In this document: piece by piece, positions 1 to 13,600 of the stretch
Numbering within the stretch: position 1 is the stretch's first letter
How the letters are laid out: each line of letters begins with the position of its first letter
Assembly: GCA_973895155.1 (NCBI GenBank)
Contig: OZ316891.1
Location: 21,773,068-21,837,067 of the forward strand
DNA: 64,000 nt
Reading direction: 5' to 3'
Origin: Marsupella aquatica
Taxonomy: Eukaryota > Plantae > Marchantiophyta
Notes under the pieces: generated by a model
What the model was told of the DNA's origin: nothing
What the model saw: only the letters and a program-made list of their open reading frames with translations
Databases searched by the model: none
Translations under genes and position numbers: made by a program

Positions 1-4
1 TGTT

Positions 5-1695
5 TTAACCATTCTTTGTAAGAGAGAGGCAGGTGGGTTTCGGGCACCTAGTCGGATTCCTTTGCTTAACCCTCCTATGCAGTTTACGACTGAGCTTGAC
101 CAGGCTCTTCAGTATGTTGATAGGTAGGGTTTGGTTTTTGTGTGTCCTCTTATGCGGGAAACCCTGCCTGCTGTTAACCCTAAACTGATAAATGTTTTGG
201 CCTTTTTTGTGTTCTCCCTTGATTGGGTTTTTGGCCTGTGGAATCTTGTCTCCCAGTTGGGCGCCTTCTGCTTTTGGCAGTTTGATATAAAAAATTAGTG
301 CTATTAGCATATGTTGATATCCAAAGTATTTCAACCTTGCACATTTTCAACTGTTGAAAGAAGCAAAAATTATTGGTGACAAAATGTAAAAGATTAAGGT
401 CCGGATTAAGGTCCAAGACAGTCCATTATTGATCAAAATGTTGTATCAAACTATTCCCAGATGGATAATACATGATTAATATTTTGGATGAAGCTAGGAA
501 CTTGCAAATGACACTGTTCAAGTCTTGTCTTGATCATTTCATTGATGGTCTCTTTTCTACTTGGCGAACCCTTTGTTTTCATGGACCTGGGGGAGAATGT
601 AAAAGTAGATTAAGGGTCCAGGCATTATTGTAAGTGTCCGTTATTGCATTGTAAGTGTCCATTATTGTAAGTAGATAATTTGTGAGTGACTGTGGGAACT
701 AAGCAAAGAGATAGCACTAGTCTAAACCCTAAAGCCCCTGATTCAAACCTTAACCTGGGGTTAGCCTTAGTCAAACCTCATTGTGGGCCCATGTGTGGGC
801 CCTTGGGGCATGTCCATTTCAAAGTTCCGGGCCAATGGTTATGCCAGACCCAAACCTAAACAAATACAACTATGTGTGTTTTTTGTGAAACTACTACAAT
901 TTATAGTTTGTCCCGAGAACTCAGGGTCAAAGAGAATTCAAAACTAACGTGCCAAATAAGAAGGAGGAACTTTAAACCAACCATACTTTAAATTTCTTAG
1001 TTATTCTTTTTGAGTTTTCACTATGTTTATTTGGTTCTACTCGGGTACATTAGTATTCAAAGGCGCATTAAGAGAGTTTTTGGCCATTATTTGTTGTGGG
1101 TCAAAAGCCCGTTTGGGTTGAGAGTTTTTAAGGTGCAAATTGGGGTTGCTCAAGCTTTTGTTGAGATTCAACCATGTACTAATTATTGAAAAATGGTATA
1201 GTTAGCTAGGGGCACTATAAACCAACCATACTTTAAGTTAGTGGGTTCTTCTTATTGAGTTCTAACCATTCTTTGTAGGGGAGATGCAGGTGGGTTTCGA
1301 GCAACTAGTCGGATTCCCTTTCCTCCTAGTATGCAGTTTACTCGTGAGCTTGACCAGGCTCTTCAGTATGCGGATAGGTAGAATTTGGTTTTTGTGTCTC
1401 CTCTTGTGCGGGAAACCCTGCCTGGTGTTAACCCTAAACTGATAAATGTTTTGGCCTTTTTTGTGTTCTCCCTTGATTGGGTTTTTGGCCTGTGGGATCG
1501 TGTCTCCCAGTTGGGCGCCTTCTGCTTTTGGCAGTTTGATGTAAAAATAAATTAGGGTGTGTTCATGGACCTGGGGGACCATGTAAAAGTAGATTAAGGG
1601 TCCATTATTGTAAGTGTCCATTATTGTAAGTAGATACTCTAATAATTTGTGAATGTGGAAAGCAAGGAGATAGCACTAGTCTACACCCTAAACCC
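5..1695. repeat. Imperfect direct duplication: ~5-300 recurs at ~1262-1550 and ~575-735 recurs at ~1560-1695
   Basis: Near-identical nucleotide blocks. The minus-strand ORFs 5..334 and 1262..1621 are near-identical by-products of the duplication. Confidence 0.85.
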
Positions 1696-1881
1696 TTTTG
1701 ATGGCTTTGATTAAAGCTGCTGTTGCATACCGTGAAGCTGGTAGAAAACAATTGAAGTCTTTTTCAAAACAAGTACTGTATAAAAATGGTAATTATGCAA
1801 CAGCAGCTTTCGGCGAAGCAGGTTTAAGCAACACAGTCAAAAGGGTATGCAATAGCAGCTTTAATCAAAGCCATCAAAAGG
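1694..1881. mobile_element. MITE-like element with 38-bp terminal inverted repeats
   Basis: CCTTTTGATGGCTTTGATTAAAGCTGCTGTTGCATACC (1694-1731) is the reverse complement of 1844-1881 with one mismatch. TSD not resolved. Confidence 0.75.
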
Positions 1882-2900
1882 ATAATTATGTAAGAGCAAT
1901 GCCATGCCTAACGGCAAAAAAATGGAGTACAAGAGCAAGTCCCAGAGCAAGTTAGGATGGGTTTACCTCAAACTCCCTAGTAGAATAATCACAACTGAAG
2001 ATACTTAGTTGAATCCGGGGTTGAATCCTGATATGTCTAGTTAATCTGTACTAGAAATTGAGAACTCCAAGTTGTGTTGAATCAAATGGTTATACCTTGG
2101 TTCTTCAGCTGACCATAAACAATACGTTTGAAGACCATCGCATAGGAACCATCTACCACCCCTACAGAACCAAGATACATTAAGTTGTCAGATGAACTAC
2201 TGCATTTTGATAAACCTTAAAAAGAACCTAGCTTTCTTATAATGTGACAAGCATACTACGGCTTAGAGAACAAATTTCTAACCACAACACTTCAAAATCC
2301 AGAATTAGACTCCTGGACCAACATGAAAAGATCTCACTGGACGATCAATCTGTTAGGTAGAGACATAACTATTATCTCCAAGTTTCCCCATAAGTTCCAC
2401 ATAGTGATTAAGTCTTTACTTTGTTACTCTACTATATAGGTTTTGACTCTCTGTTTTGGCTTTTTGTAAGTATGTGGTGTTGTGTTTGCAAATTGTTGTT
2501 GTGTTTGAATTTGGCATTGTGAGATGAAATCATAGTGCTCAGGGTCTCCAGGAGCATTACCAGGACGGAGCTCAAATGCATTGTACGTTCTCAATAATAG
2601 ATTAACACTTGAAAAGTTTGAGGAAAACCCTGGGTAGTTGTGAAAATAAGGGTATTTTGGTAGGAAGCACATCCATGAGGTTATAAATATCTCCTTAGGG
2701 ATAGTTAGCTCAATGAATCTTTGTGTGACCAAAAGCTATTGGGAGACAAGAAATATCCTTCAAGAGGGCCTCTTCTTTTGCTCAAAATTATATAATTTCC
2801 AAAATCTTGATATTATTTTTAAGAAACCAAGGGTCATAGTCAAAGAAGGGGAGTGTCATTTTTCTATTTGTCCACAAATCATTATGCAATTTGATCATGT

Positions 2901-2931
2901 AAACCCTAAACCCTAAACCCTAAACCCTAAA
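2901..2931. repeat. Interstitial plant-type telomeric repeat (AAACCCT)x4
   Basis: aaaccctaaaccctaaaccctaaaccctaaa. Confidence 0.9.
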
Positions 2932-5900
2932 GTCACACATAATAAAAATTGAAATGATTGCCTAAAGTAAATGATTAGTCATGGGGATTAGGGGCAGTCT
3001 AGGGGTGGGGGCCCTGTGCCCGGGCCCTCACTCTATGTATATTAAGTATATCGTTGTTATATGTAAAAAATTAATTTCTGATAACGTTTTACACCCTTAG
3101 GTGCCTTATAAAACTGGTGAAATCTATATTTGAAAACCCATTCAGGAATTATAATTAGGAAAACCCAACATAGGGCTAGCATACCAGATACACAAGTATT
3201 CCAAACAAAAGGATGCATACAGTCACACATACAATTTATATAATTATGTTTGAATGACCAGTTTGGCCAAACTGGTCCCCAAAACTGGTATAGGCTCTAA
3301 GACAAAAGATCTGGACCTTTCAAGACTTTGATCTGTGCACTCCCCACAAAACTCTGAATCTGTCATACCAAAGCCTTTCCCAAACTTACCCCCTCACTAA
3401 ACCCCCAAAACCCTTTTACCCCTGCTTTTACCTTAGGATAGGCGCACCCATTAAAATGGAAATATAAGGATTTGCCACATATTGCAAAGAGACCTTGCCA
3501 CATGGACCACTTATACAATGACGCATGGCACATACATTATAAGACCCCTTCAGTCTGATTAATATGCCACCACTTTGGAAATATCTTTCTGACTTATAAA
3601 CCCAAACTTGTATAAATTTGGAGGTTGGTTTGTTGTAATTTAATTATAAAAATTAGTCGGAATGGGATTAAAAACACCCTTCAAGTGGGCAAGTTATACT
3701 CATTCCCCAAAGTTAGCTCAATGAACAATCTGAGTTGGGTTAAGTTTTATGAAATGAAAGAAGTATCCTCGAACTAAACAACTCTATGGCAAGCAGAAAC
3801 AATTGCCAAACTCTTGAGAGTCTGCGTTATGTATTCCCATCATTCCCTAAGCGACCTGAGAAGTGACCTTGTTGTGACAGTTTCTATGAGGGTTTTATTT
3901 ATGTCTTGTGGGTTAGCAATCACCAAAACCTGGAAAGGCCCAAGTTTGGAAGGTATTAGTCTCCACCCGACTGCCAGCCCGACTCTGCACCCCTAATACT
4001 TCTTGTACTTTGGAGTCAATTGTATTTATAATGACAAATTGAATACTAAATTTTGATAGCATACCTCTTTGCAAATGAAACATAATCTTTATTCTTTCTT
4101 GATTCAGATAGGGTATGTTTGTCCGCATGCAGCAAACACAATATTTGTTTTTACTTGTTCTAGGAGGGAGACAGTGTCGGAGTCTTCTCTTTTATCATAT
4201 GTGCTAAGTCAAGAATTTAACTAAGTTCTTTTATTATTCTTTTCTCTTTTGTCATGTAATGCAGTCATTGCGCTTTCATTCCTTTACTATTCACTTTTTA
4301 AAGATTCTTTCCTCCTTTTCAACTTAAAAAATAGTTTAGTCATTGCCCTCTTATCTGCTTACTGTTCATTCTTTTATAAAATCACATTTTTCTACTTTTC
4401 AAGTAAAAACGTCATGTTTGCGTCTTTTCACTCTAACTCTATTTATTTTTTGCTTTCTTTGGCACATGACACTATTGTATGTAGTGAGGTACCCCCTCTT
4501 GGCCCTCCCTTGCCTTTGCCCATTGAACCACTATGTTCACGGTTAACTAAGAGTTTTTCAGGTAATGAAAAGATATGTTACTCCTGACTCATTGGAGAGT
4601 CATTCATGTGACTGTGGTAAGTAAGTCAAAAGGATTTGATGATAAGTAGCATAAGGACATTACAATTTAGTTCTATACCTAAAGAACTCAATTGTGCCAT
4701 GGCTTAAGTTATTTAATCTCATGGTGTACATTAATTTGCGCCAAATATAATTAATATACCCTTTCCCCAAATGTGACCCATTGTTTATGACCAAATGTTG
4801 GGGATCAGTAAGTTGGACTACTGTTTTGTGTAAGAGGATGCACGGTTATATCAATGGGAACTTCCACGTAACAGTTGGCTCCATTATCTTCGATCAATGT
4901 CTAGTGCCGACCATCTGAACAACTTGTGCCAACTCAAGACTTTGAGGGAGGTTGGCACTAACCAATGCCACACTTTACAATGTCATATTTTTCAGTAGTG
5001 ACACTAACCAATATGGCCTTGAACCATGTAAACCAATAAGGCATCTCAAAGTTTCAAATAATGTGTCTCAAAGTTGCTTACATACAGACATCACAAGTTA
5101 TGGACAGGCGGGTGGACAGTTTATGGGCAGAACAAGTTATGAACTACCGAAGTCATAATTTATCACTTTTTGCCATAACAATTGGATATATGTCTTGATC
5201 ATAAGTGAATGAAGAGGTTACTGAAAAATAAAAAATAAACCTTTTGAATAATTAAGTTTGTGCAAAAGCTATGGCCAGCCATCCTCCGCTTTTCCTTATG
5301 GCCAAGCCAAATTTGATGGCAAGGGTTCCCTCCATTTCCTCTAACTTGAATTAATGTCCCATTTTTCAGTGCATGTCTCCCGCTCATGTTTTGGGTGAAA
5401 AGTTCACATTGAGTGGATTTCTTGTGCGCACTGCTGTGTGAGTGCCTGCAAGGTAGGGCGTGCTAGGTCAAGTAGCAAGTATAGTGGGAGTTCAAAATCT
5501 GGAATTCGATCTTATGAGTAAGGTGAGTTGCGGGAAAGTTTGGAGCGTGAGCTACATCAAGTTAGTTTGCTAGGTCAAGTAGCAAGTATAGTGGGAGCTC
5601 AAAATCTGAAGGTCAATCTTGTGAGTTGCGGGAAAGTTTGGAGCGAGAGCTACATCAAGTTGTGCTTTGGTGGAAGTGCTGAGACCCTGAACTGTGAGTT
5701 GGAGCTGAAGAATGATTTGGACTCAACCGTGAGCTGGAGTTGAGCTAAGTTTTGGCAAGATGGAGCTGGAATACAGGACTGTGAGTCATTGCTGAGTGAG
5801 TGCTAGGACTGTGAGTAATCGCCGAGTGAGTGCTGCGCTGAGGTGACTTGATGTGAAAGTGATGGAGAATAGGTGAGCTAGCCTGTATGTGGAATGTATG

Positions 5901-5947
5901 TCGTCACTTTGCATCTATGTGTATAATTTTGATATCGACCAAAGTGA

Positions 5948-6086
5948 AGCAGAGCCTTGCTGCAGGGGTTTGCTAGCAGTTCCCATCACCTGCACTGTTT
6001 TTCATTCGTTTCTTCCAAGCAGAGCCTTGCCGCAGGGGTTTGCTAGCAGTTCCCATCACCTGCGCTGTTCTTTATTCGTTTCTTCC
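5948..6086. repeat. Two-copy ~70-bp tandem repeat
   Basis: agcagagccttgc...ttcgtttcttcc occurs twice in tandem. Confidence 0.8.
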
Positions 6087-6537
6087 TGGCTCCCGGTTGT
6101 ACTGGAGGATTGATGTTCCTTCAATCTCCTTCTCTGACTTGTCTTCCGATCTCAGTGTTTACTCAACAAGAAGTCTTGCTCATGGGCTTGTTTCAAAAGC
6201 ATTTGAAAATCCTTTCCAACGATGCCTTAATCGCCTGTTTTCATCCAGTATTATTGAAAATCGTGTCACATTGACCCAGTCAACATTTATGCATTTTTCT
6301 GTGTCTAGCTATGTTATTTTTGCATTTTTTCGCCTACTTACGATTCATACTGCGTCTTCCTCTTTCTCTCAAAACCTGAGTGTCTAGGTTTGTTGGATGC
6401 GGCTTGACTTCTTCTTTCCAACGGTATAAAGAATGACACATTTGGTTTCCAGATCTTCCTACTCCGTAACATTTACGTGCTTTCATTGGAGCTCTGCATG
6501 ACAGCTACATTTTTTCTATTCTCCTAACACTATGCCT

Positions 6538-7195
6538 GCTTCCGTTGGACAGGAGCGCTGCATGTCGGCGATGTATTTTATTGTTGCGCCTCTCCCAGAG
6601 AGCTAGTTTCTCCCAACAGGTATAGATCTCGGTTTTATTCTGAAGGTTATGTGATCGTTGGAAGCCAGGTACAGTAGTTCCCTATCTATTTTTAACGTTC
6701 TTAGCAATCTGATTGGAACAAGGATAAGACGAATTGACCATACAGTGTTATTCAAACTTAGAAAGTTTGACAAAGCTTGCAATAGATTAGAATTTAATTC
6801 TCAATGTCGATGTCAGCCTGACAAAAACTAGAATCTAGATCCATGCGTGAGATTATCTAACAAATGCCAAATTTTAAAACAATTCTGTAATCAGAAGGAT
6901 AGCTACACAGCATAAAATTAAAATAGTAGTACATTTGTCTTGTGTGTAGATGGACACATCTTCTTTATTCTTCTGATGTCATTTGTACTTCCATTGGACA
7001 GGAGCGCTGCATGTCAAATATGTAATTTAGTGCTGAGATCCTCCCAGGGATGCTATTCAGAGTTAAACTACTACTTCACCAACAACGTACTTCACCAACA
7101 ACAGAAGGTAGATCTGGTTTTCATTACCAAGGTTATGTGATTGTTAGGAAGGTACTTCCCTGTCTATTTTAATATTCTTACCACTTTGATTGGAA
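6538..7195. repeat. Diverged direct duplication (~6538-6720 and ~6988-7195)
   Basis: Shared blocks cttcc.ttggacaggagcgctgcatgtc, aaggttatgtgat and tgattggaa. Confidence 0.75.
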
Positions 7196-9550
7196 GAGGA
7201 ATATTGCTCTCCTAGTTTTACGTCAGACAACACAAATTATGAAACTATAATGTACTCTACATATTGATTCATCACTTTGCTTCCGACATGTGTTCTAACC
7301 AAGAGCAATGGCATTGATAAATTGTCTTGTAGACGTACATGAATATAATTTGTAAAGTTTTTTATGTGCATCTCATCGTTTTCTGCTGCATGCAATTAAA
7401 TACTGTGGTGGGTTTGCCAAAGTTTCAGTTCATTGTTTTAGCTTGTTGAAAATTATATTCACTATTTATCTTCTTTAGTGGTGGCCTTGTGATACTAAAG
7501 TTTGTTGCCTGGACATGTAGGTCCAAGACAACTTTGACTTCAACACAATAGAGTGAGCAACAGGCGTAGCCGTTGACAGTAAAAGCACAGGTCAGATTTG
7601 GGTATGCACTAAACTATTATTGGGCAACTGCATATAATTAGCCTCTACGTGCCAGAAGTCAGCCCTGTCAATAATGCTAAAGAGTCCATAGATCGAGTCA
7701 CTCAAGGAGAGGTATCTTTGTTGGGACTGTGTATGGATCGAGTATCAATTGCAAGCATTCTTAGCACAAGGCTTGGTTTCTGTGCAAAGACAACTCAGAC
7801 TAGTATATGGACGTACGTAGAGTTTAAGAAATTAATCTAAAAATTTGCTGCTAATTCATAACTAATCAATCGATCATGGCAAGAAGCTGAATATTTAGTC
7901 TGATATATCGAGGGCTTAGTTTGAGGTAAATTAAAAATGACTAGATCAAATATTTTGGGCCAGATTCTGGGCCTTCTAAGATCTAGGAATTGATCTCAGT
8001 CAGTAAGGGTCGATAATGTATATATTGGCATATATGTGATTGAGTAGAGTAGAGTAGAGTAGAGAGGTCGGGGGGACGACTACCTGTGTCACAACATGAA
8101 CTCATTTGTCCAACTTGCACGTCTTGGTCTAATTTAACATTCACACTCTCACAGTCTGCAGTCTACCCGGCTGTCTACTCAGTTCAGTGTACAAGAATCA
8201 AGTGCCTTAGTTTCATTACGATGCTACATGTCGATAATATGCTTGTCAGAGTGTATGCTTGGCTGTGCAAACAGACCCATTCAAACAATTAATGCAGCAA
8301 ACTGTTGTTGCTTACTGTTGGCAGCCATGTGGAAGATAGTAGCTTAGAGCAACACTCAACAATAGAGTTTCCAAGCACGCGGTAGGAAGACTAAATTTTG
8401 GTTGTATGTTTTCATTTGGTTCTACAAATCTCACATGCTTTTGATCAGATTGTCTTTTTTTCCCTTCAGAAGTGGTTGTTCTTTAAATTAGTGTTCCTTT
8501 GTCACCTCCGCCCTTGCTATTTGGGTGGATTGACTCATTTGTTGATCATGCCTCTCAGTATTGAGTCGTGTTCTTGTAACTCTTTGTGATTGGTAAGAGT
8601 TTTAATGCTCAACTTTTGGTTTTGTTCCTTTGTGTGGTGCAGTATGCTGCGTAAAGGCGTGGAAGGCCAGGACTATTCTCACATGCTGTGTGAAGGCCAG
8701 GACTATTCTCAGTGGTAAGTGCTGCTACATGATTATACTGTTGGACATCCTTAAGTCTCTATCGTTGTTTTGGAGCCTTTGTTAATTGGAAACTTCTTGT
8801 TATGGCATATCTGTTTGAATATATACCCTTTGATATTGGCTTTGTGAGCACATGATGAAGTGTGATCTTGGATGTGTTTGGCAGTCTAGGAAGGTGGATC
8901 GCGCTACCCCTTCTCATCTCAATAACTGGCCTAAACGTGGCATATATCCCTTTTTCTAATCCCCATCAGCGCGGAGTTGTTGAGGCTTGAGCTGGTCTGA
9001 GCAGGGTTGCTGAGCTAACTTGAAGTGCACTTGATCATAGGTAACCTGCCCTCAATCTCTGTAGTCCAGAGTGTGCTGAAGATTGCCATAGCAAGATTTG
9101 TCCTATTGTGCTTGACTATTCCTAAAGGTCATTTTATGTTCATTAACAATAACCAAAGTCTAAACTTGGAGGTCACAACTAAAAGTTTATGGAGGATTGT
9201 AATATCCCCTTCTTCCCACAATCCTAACTCAATCCATGAATCCTTCAAGTAAGTTGTTACGGACTATACACCTTATCAAAGAAATCATCCCTGAGGCCAG
9301 CAGCTAAGTCGTTACGGCCAGTGCATTTCCTGAATCCGTTCCATGTTGTGGAGTCCCAATAAAATCACTCCACTCCTAAGTCAGCTATCATTCCAGCAAT
9401 CCCACTTTATGAAATGGATTGCATTTTATCCCTACCAGCTCAAACCATGATGTGCAATTCAACTGTCTCTCACATCGTGTCCCCTTGGCCTCTCTGTGGT
9501 CAACTGAGCTAGCCTTCCTTTGAGGCAATACATTTATCAATTGCTGCATG

Positions 9551-10438
9551 AACCATGGCTTGTGCTGCGAAGCAAGTGACCTCGATTATCCTCCCAGTCG
9601 GCCCTGTCTCTGAAATAGATTTCCATGATTTCATATAGCACAAACCATGGTTTGCACATCTTTATGTTAAGTCTAATTCCACCACTCTGACCTCAACTCA
9701 CCTTCCTTTGAGGCATTACATTTTCCAAACCTGGTGCCTTGTACCTATCGTGGCACAAACCATGGTTCGTGCTGTGAAGGGGTAATATGTGACTCCCACT
9801 ATCACAACTCACATCTGGACTTGGCTGTCCTTCCAGCCAACAATTTTCTAGCAAATGGATTTACATTTGTACTTGCAGCACAAACAAGGATTTGCACATC
9901 ATGCATGTCCACCCAGTCCAATTTCTAATCTTAATGAAGCTCAATTTTGCTTTCAAGGGCATGAACCATGGTTTGCTCTGAAGTTTATCTTCCTAGTCAA
10001 TTTTTCTAGACCTTGTTGCACAAAGGGACCTATTGATATCCGAGCCTTATTACTTCATGTTCATTTTGATTGTTAGTGTTGCCATTCATTTAAGGTGAAA
10101 GTCATATCATTTGCAGTGCAAACCATGGTTTGCACTACTGAGAATAAGTATCACAAGCCCTCATTGCACGAATCTTGGTTTGCAGTGTCCCCATTGATTT
10201 GTCCTGAAGTTCATTCCCTGTAACCATTTGCAGAGCAAACCATGGTTTGCAGTACAAAGAATAAATACCAGTCACAGCTAGCTATCTTGCACGAACCTTG
10301 GTTTGCACTGTCCCAGTAGTCTTTGATTCAATTCATTTAGATTCAAAGCTAAATATTATTCCATGAACCTTTGTTTGCACTATCCCTAGTCATCTTTGAT
10401 TTCATCTAGATTTAGAGCTTGCAGCATGAACCATGGTT
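9551..10438. promoter_or_regulatory. Cluster of palindromic AACCATGGTT motifs upstream of ParB-like gene 1
   Basis: Core at 9643, 9758, 9964, 10121, 10238 and 10429, with variants at 9551, ~9884, ~10171, 10294 and ~10365. A 22-bp perfect palindrome AGTGCAAACCATGGTTTGCACT lies at 10115-10136. The regulatory role is inferred. Confidence 0.6.
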
Positions 10439-10635
10439 TGATGATCTACATTTTGCCAGAATCCAAACTACTCTATGCTGTCCCTGGGAGAAAATTAAGT
10501 CAAACATTTCAAAATATCTGGTTTCTTTGAACATTCAACATGTTCTTTAAAGAATATCCTTGACACATCTTGCCGACAGTATTCTTATGATCAAATTTGT
10601 TTTTGTTGTGAAGCAGAGCGAGAACGCACATAGTC

Positions 10636-13600
10636 ATGGCATCCGAAGGAGAAACTAGCAAGAAGAAGCGGAAGTCTTTGGAAAAAACTGATGGAAGCCC
10701 AAAAAAAAGGAAAGCGAAAGTTAGAAAGGGTGTCACAGGAGTGAATTCCATCACTAATTTTTGTGGGAGGAAGATGACATTGAAATCCACCATCACCGAT
10801 ACTGTTGTCCGAGTTGAACAGAAAGATATGAAGCACTGGGGAGTGGTGCTTGATAAGAATGTTCTTCGGATGTGCGTCGCTTCTGAAGAGGGGACTTTGG
10901 TATTGTCAGACTCTCGAATTCTCAGTTGTGTTTATGAGAAAAATGTCAACCTGAAAGACTGTCAAGAGGCTTTGGTCCTTCTGGTCGAGGAGGATACCGT
11001 CGATGAATCACAAAACAATAGGATTTGCTATTGTTTCTCCATAGAGGTATTTGGGATGTTTGACCAAACATACATTGAGGCAAATTGTAGATTATCTCCG
11101 GAGGCATTCTCAACCATTTTGGATCCCACATTCCCAAAGGTTTCTACACTCATAAATGGCCCAAGCATTGAGAGGTACATGTTATCCATCTTGGCATGGG
11201 CAAAATGCACCTTCCCGGAAACATTTCGTGTTGGAAAGAAGGAGGAACTTGAGAAGCAATCCAAGTTTGAAACAGGAGAACTTCCAAAAGTGATCACTGG
11301 AGAAAACATTGGAGATCTTTGCAAGAGTTTCAATGGTGTTTATAAAAAAGCAAACATCTTTGATAGTAGAGTTTTCAATGTTGAAAATTTGAAATGCCAC
11401 ATTGCACCCAATGTTGTAAAATGTAGAGGACATGACCCTGATTACTCAAGGGACCTTGCCAACTCGATGAAATTTCAGTCGTTGGTAAATTTTGAGAAGC
11501 GGGTTTGTTTCCTCATCCCAGTGCTTTGGGATGAGAGCAGGAGCACTGAAGTTGGCTATTGTGGGACTCCATTGTCACACCCACCGATCCTTGATCAAAT
11601 TGACAATTATCATTTTTGGATAATTGGAGGCCAGCACACAGTAATAGCTTACCGATTACTTTTGAATGATGAATCAGTGGATGCTGCTATTCATCAAAAA
11701 TGCCTTACAATTGATGCCGTGATGTTTTGGGCACCATATGATTTGGCTGGGAACCTGGTAATGATGGGATTATCAAAGACATTGAATCATGTCCATCACA
11801 CAGCGATGGATGAATCCCAATTTTTCTTGATTGCAAGACAGGTCAGAGATATTTGGAAAAGTTATGGATGTCCTCCTTCAGAGACAAACAGCACCAAAGA
11901 TTCAAAATGGAAGGTAAGAGTCATATATTTCATAAGTTTATTTTTATTCTTGTTTAACTTCTGCTAGTGCATCTGAATGCAATAGAATGTGAAAAGTATA
12001 ACAGTGTGAACCATGGTTCGTATCCACCTAATGATTTTAGTTGTGTGTGAACAACACTTCTCAAAAGCAGCAATGATCGTCATCCCTTGGGCTAAAGAGG
12101 AGAATGGAAAATTTAATTTGGGTGAACTTGGACCTTTCATCTTAAATATGATAGATTCCACCTTCAACTTGTGGATGAAAGTTTACGAGATGTCAAGAGA
12201 AGGAAAATTGGTTGCTTTCAATGGGTTCTTACAGAGAGATGTTATTAAGAAAGATTCTGCTCAAGGAGCTTGGGAGGTGGCACGAAGAACATTTCGGGAT
12301 TTTCTTGGTGTTGAAGATGCAGTGTTGATGAAGATTGCAAGGTATCTTCTTACCAATAAGAAGATCTCACTAATGAAGCAACGAAGTAGCGGAATTGCAA
12401 AGAAGATAGATGCAGTTCCTATCGAAGAAGATTTCATTGCTCTTGATGAGTATTGCGTTCAAAAGAAGCAGGATAAGGAGTTTGAGATACTGCTTTTGAA
12501 ATATCTTGCAAAAGATAATATGCCTAAGGGGAAACTACGAGCGTTGCCCATGGAGCAGAGAATCGAGAAGGTGAATGCAATGCGAGCTTTTTTTAAGCTT
12601 ACTCCAGATAAAGTTGAAAAACTTTGAACTACGCTTGGACCTGCAGTAATCCCAAAATCATTAACGAAGAACACTGGAAATGACGAGTTGCAAAATCTTT
12701 TGCCTGGAGTTTTTAAGAGTTTGATATGGTCAATCAGGGCTTCAGTGGATGGAAAAGGTAATCCGGTGGTTGTGAAACTTGACCCAAAACTTAGGTTTTG
12801 TTCAAATGAGGGATTTGGAACTCCTGCATTTTTTTGTCCAATCATCTTGGAATTGAAAGAAATGGCAACATTCATATTCTTGGATGCTACCATGATACCT
12901 GGAATAAGTCCCATGACACGGAAGACATATGAAGCATTCTTTGATGCAGCTTCTATGATTGGGTCCAAACCATCTCATGTCGTGGTAGTGATATCATCTG
13001 CGATCGACTCTTTCTTTGTGATGAGTGCCATTTCAGCACACCCACATTATGTTGCATTCACAACACAATACTGGACACAATCTCGACCGTCATCTTCTAC
13101 ATCGACAATTTATGATGTCAATTGTCTTTTTGTAACTTATGCATTCTTCAAAGTGTCATTCACTGAAGAATGTGAGGCAGATGAGATTTCTGGAAAAATT
13201 TTGTTAAGCTTTAAGAAAGCAGGATGTTTGAAGAATTATGAAGAGACAACAGAAGATGTTGCAGAGCAGACTCAGTTTGGGGAGAAAAGCAAGAGTTTCT
13301 ATGATAACTTGACTTCTCAACTTGTCTCATTTGACAAGTTTTCTGTCTGTTTTGGAGATGGCCGACATCTGATCCACTCCCTTTTGGTATGAGTTTTTAA
13401 ACCCCAAACCTTACAGTTGAAAGTTCATTTAATTATTCAACTATATTGAAATCCCAAGTATTAAAACTCAGTCTCATGGTTTTGCAGAACTTGGGAGCTC
13501 GGGTACGTTCATATTGTGACGAGTCTAATCACGAAGGACTTACGCAGTTCTTTTCTTCCACAAACAAGTTTAATCATGATCAGCCTGAAGAAGCATCATG

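Noticed and set aside
2901-2931. True chromosome end
   Set aside because: Only four repeat units, embedded in internal sequence.
3800-9300. Short ORFs as genes
   Set aside because: No recognisable motifs and low-complexity composition. Possibly non-coding exons or decayed repeats, but not supportable.
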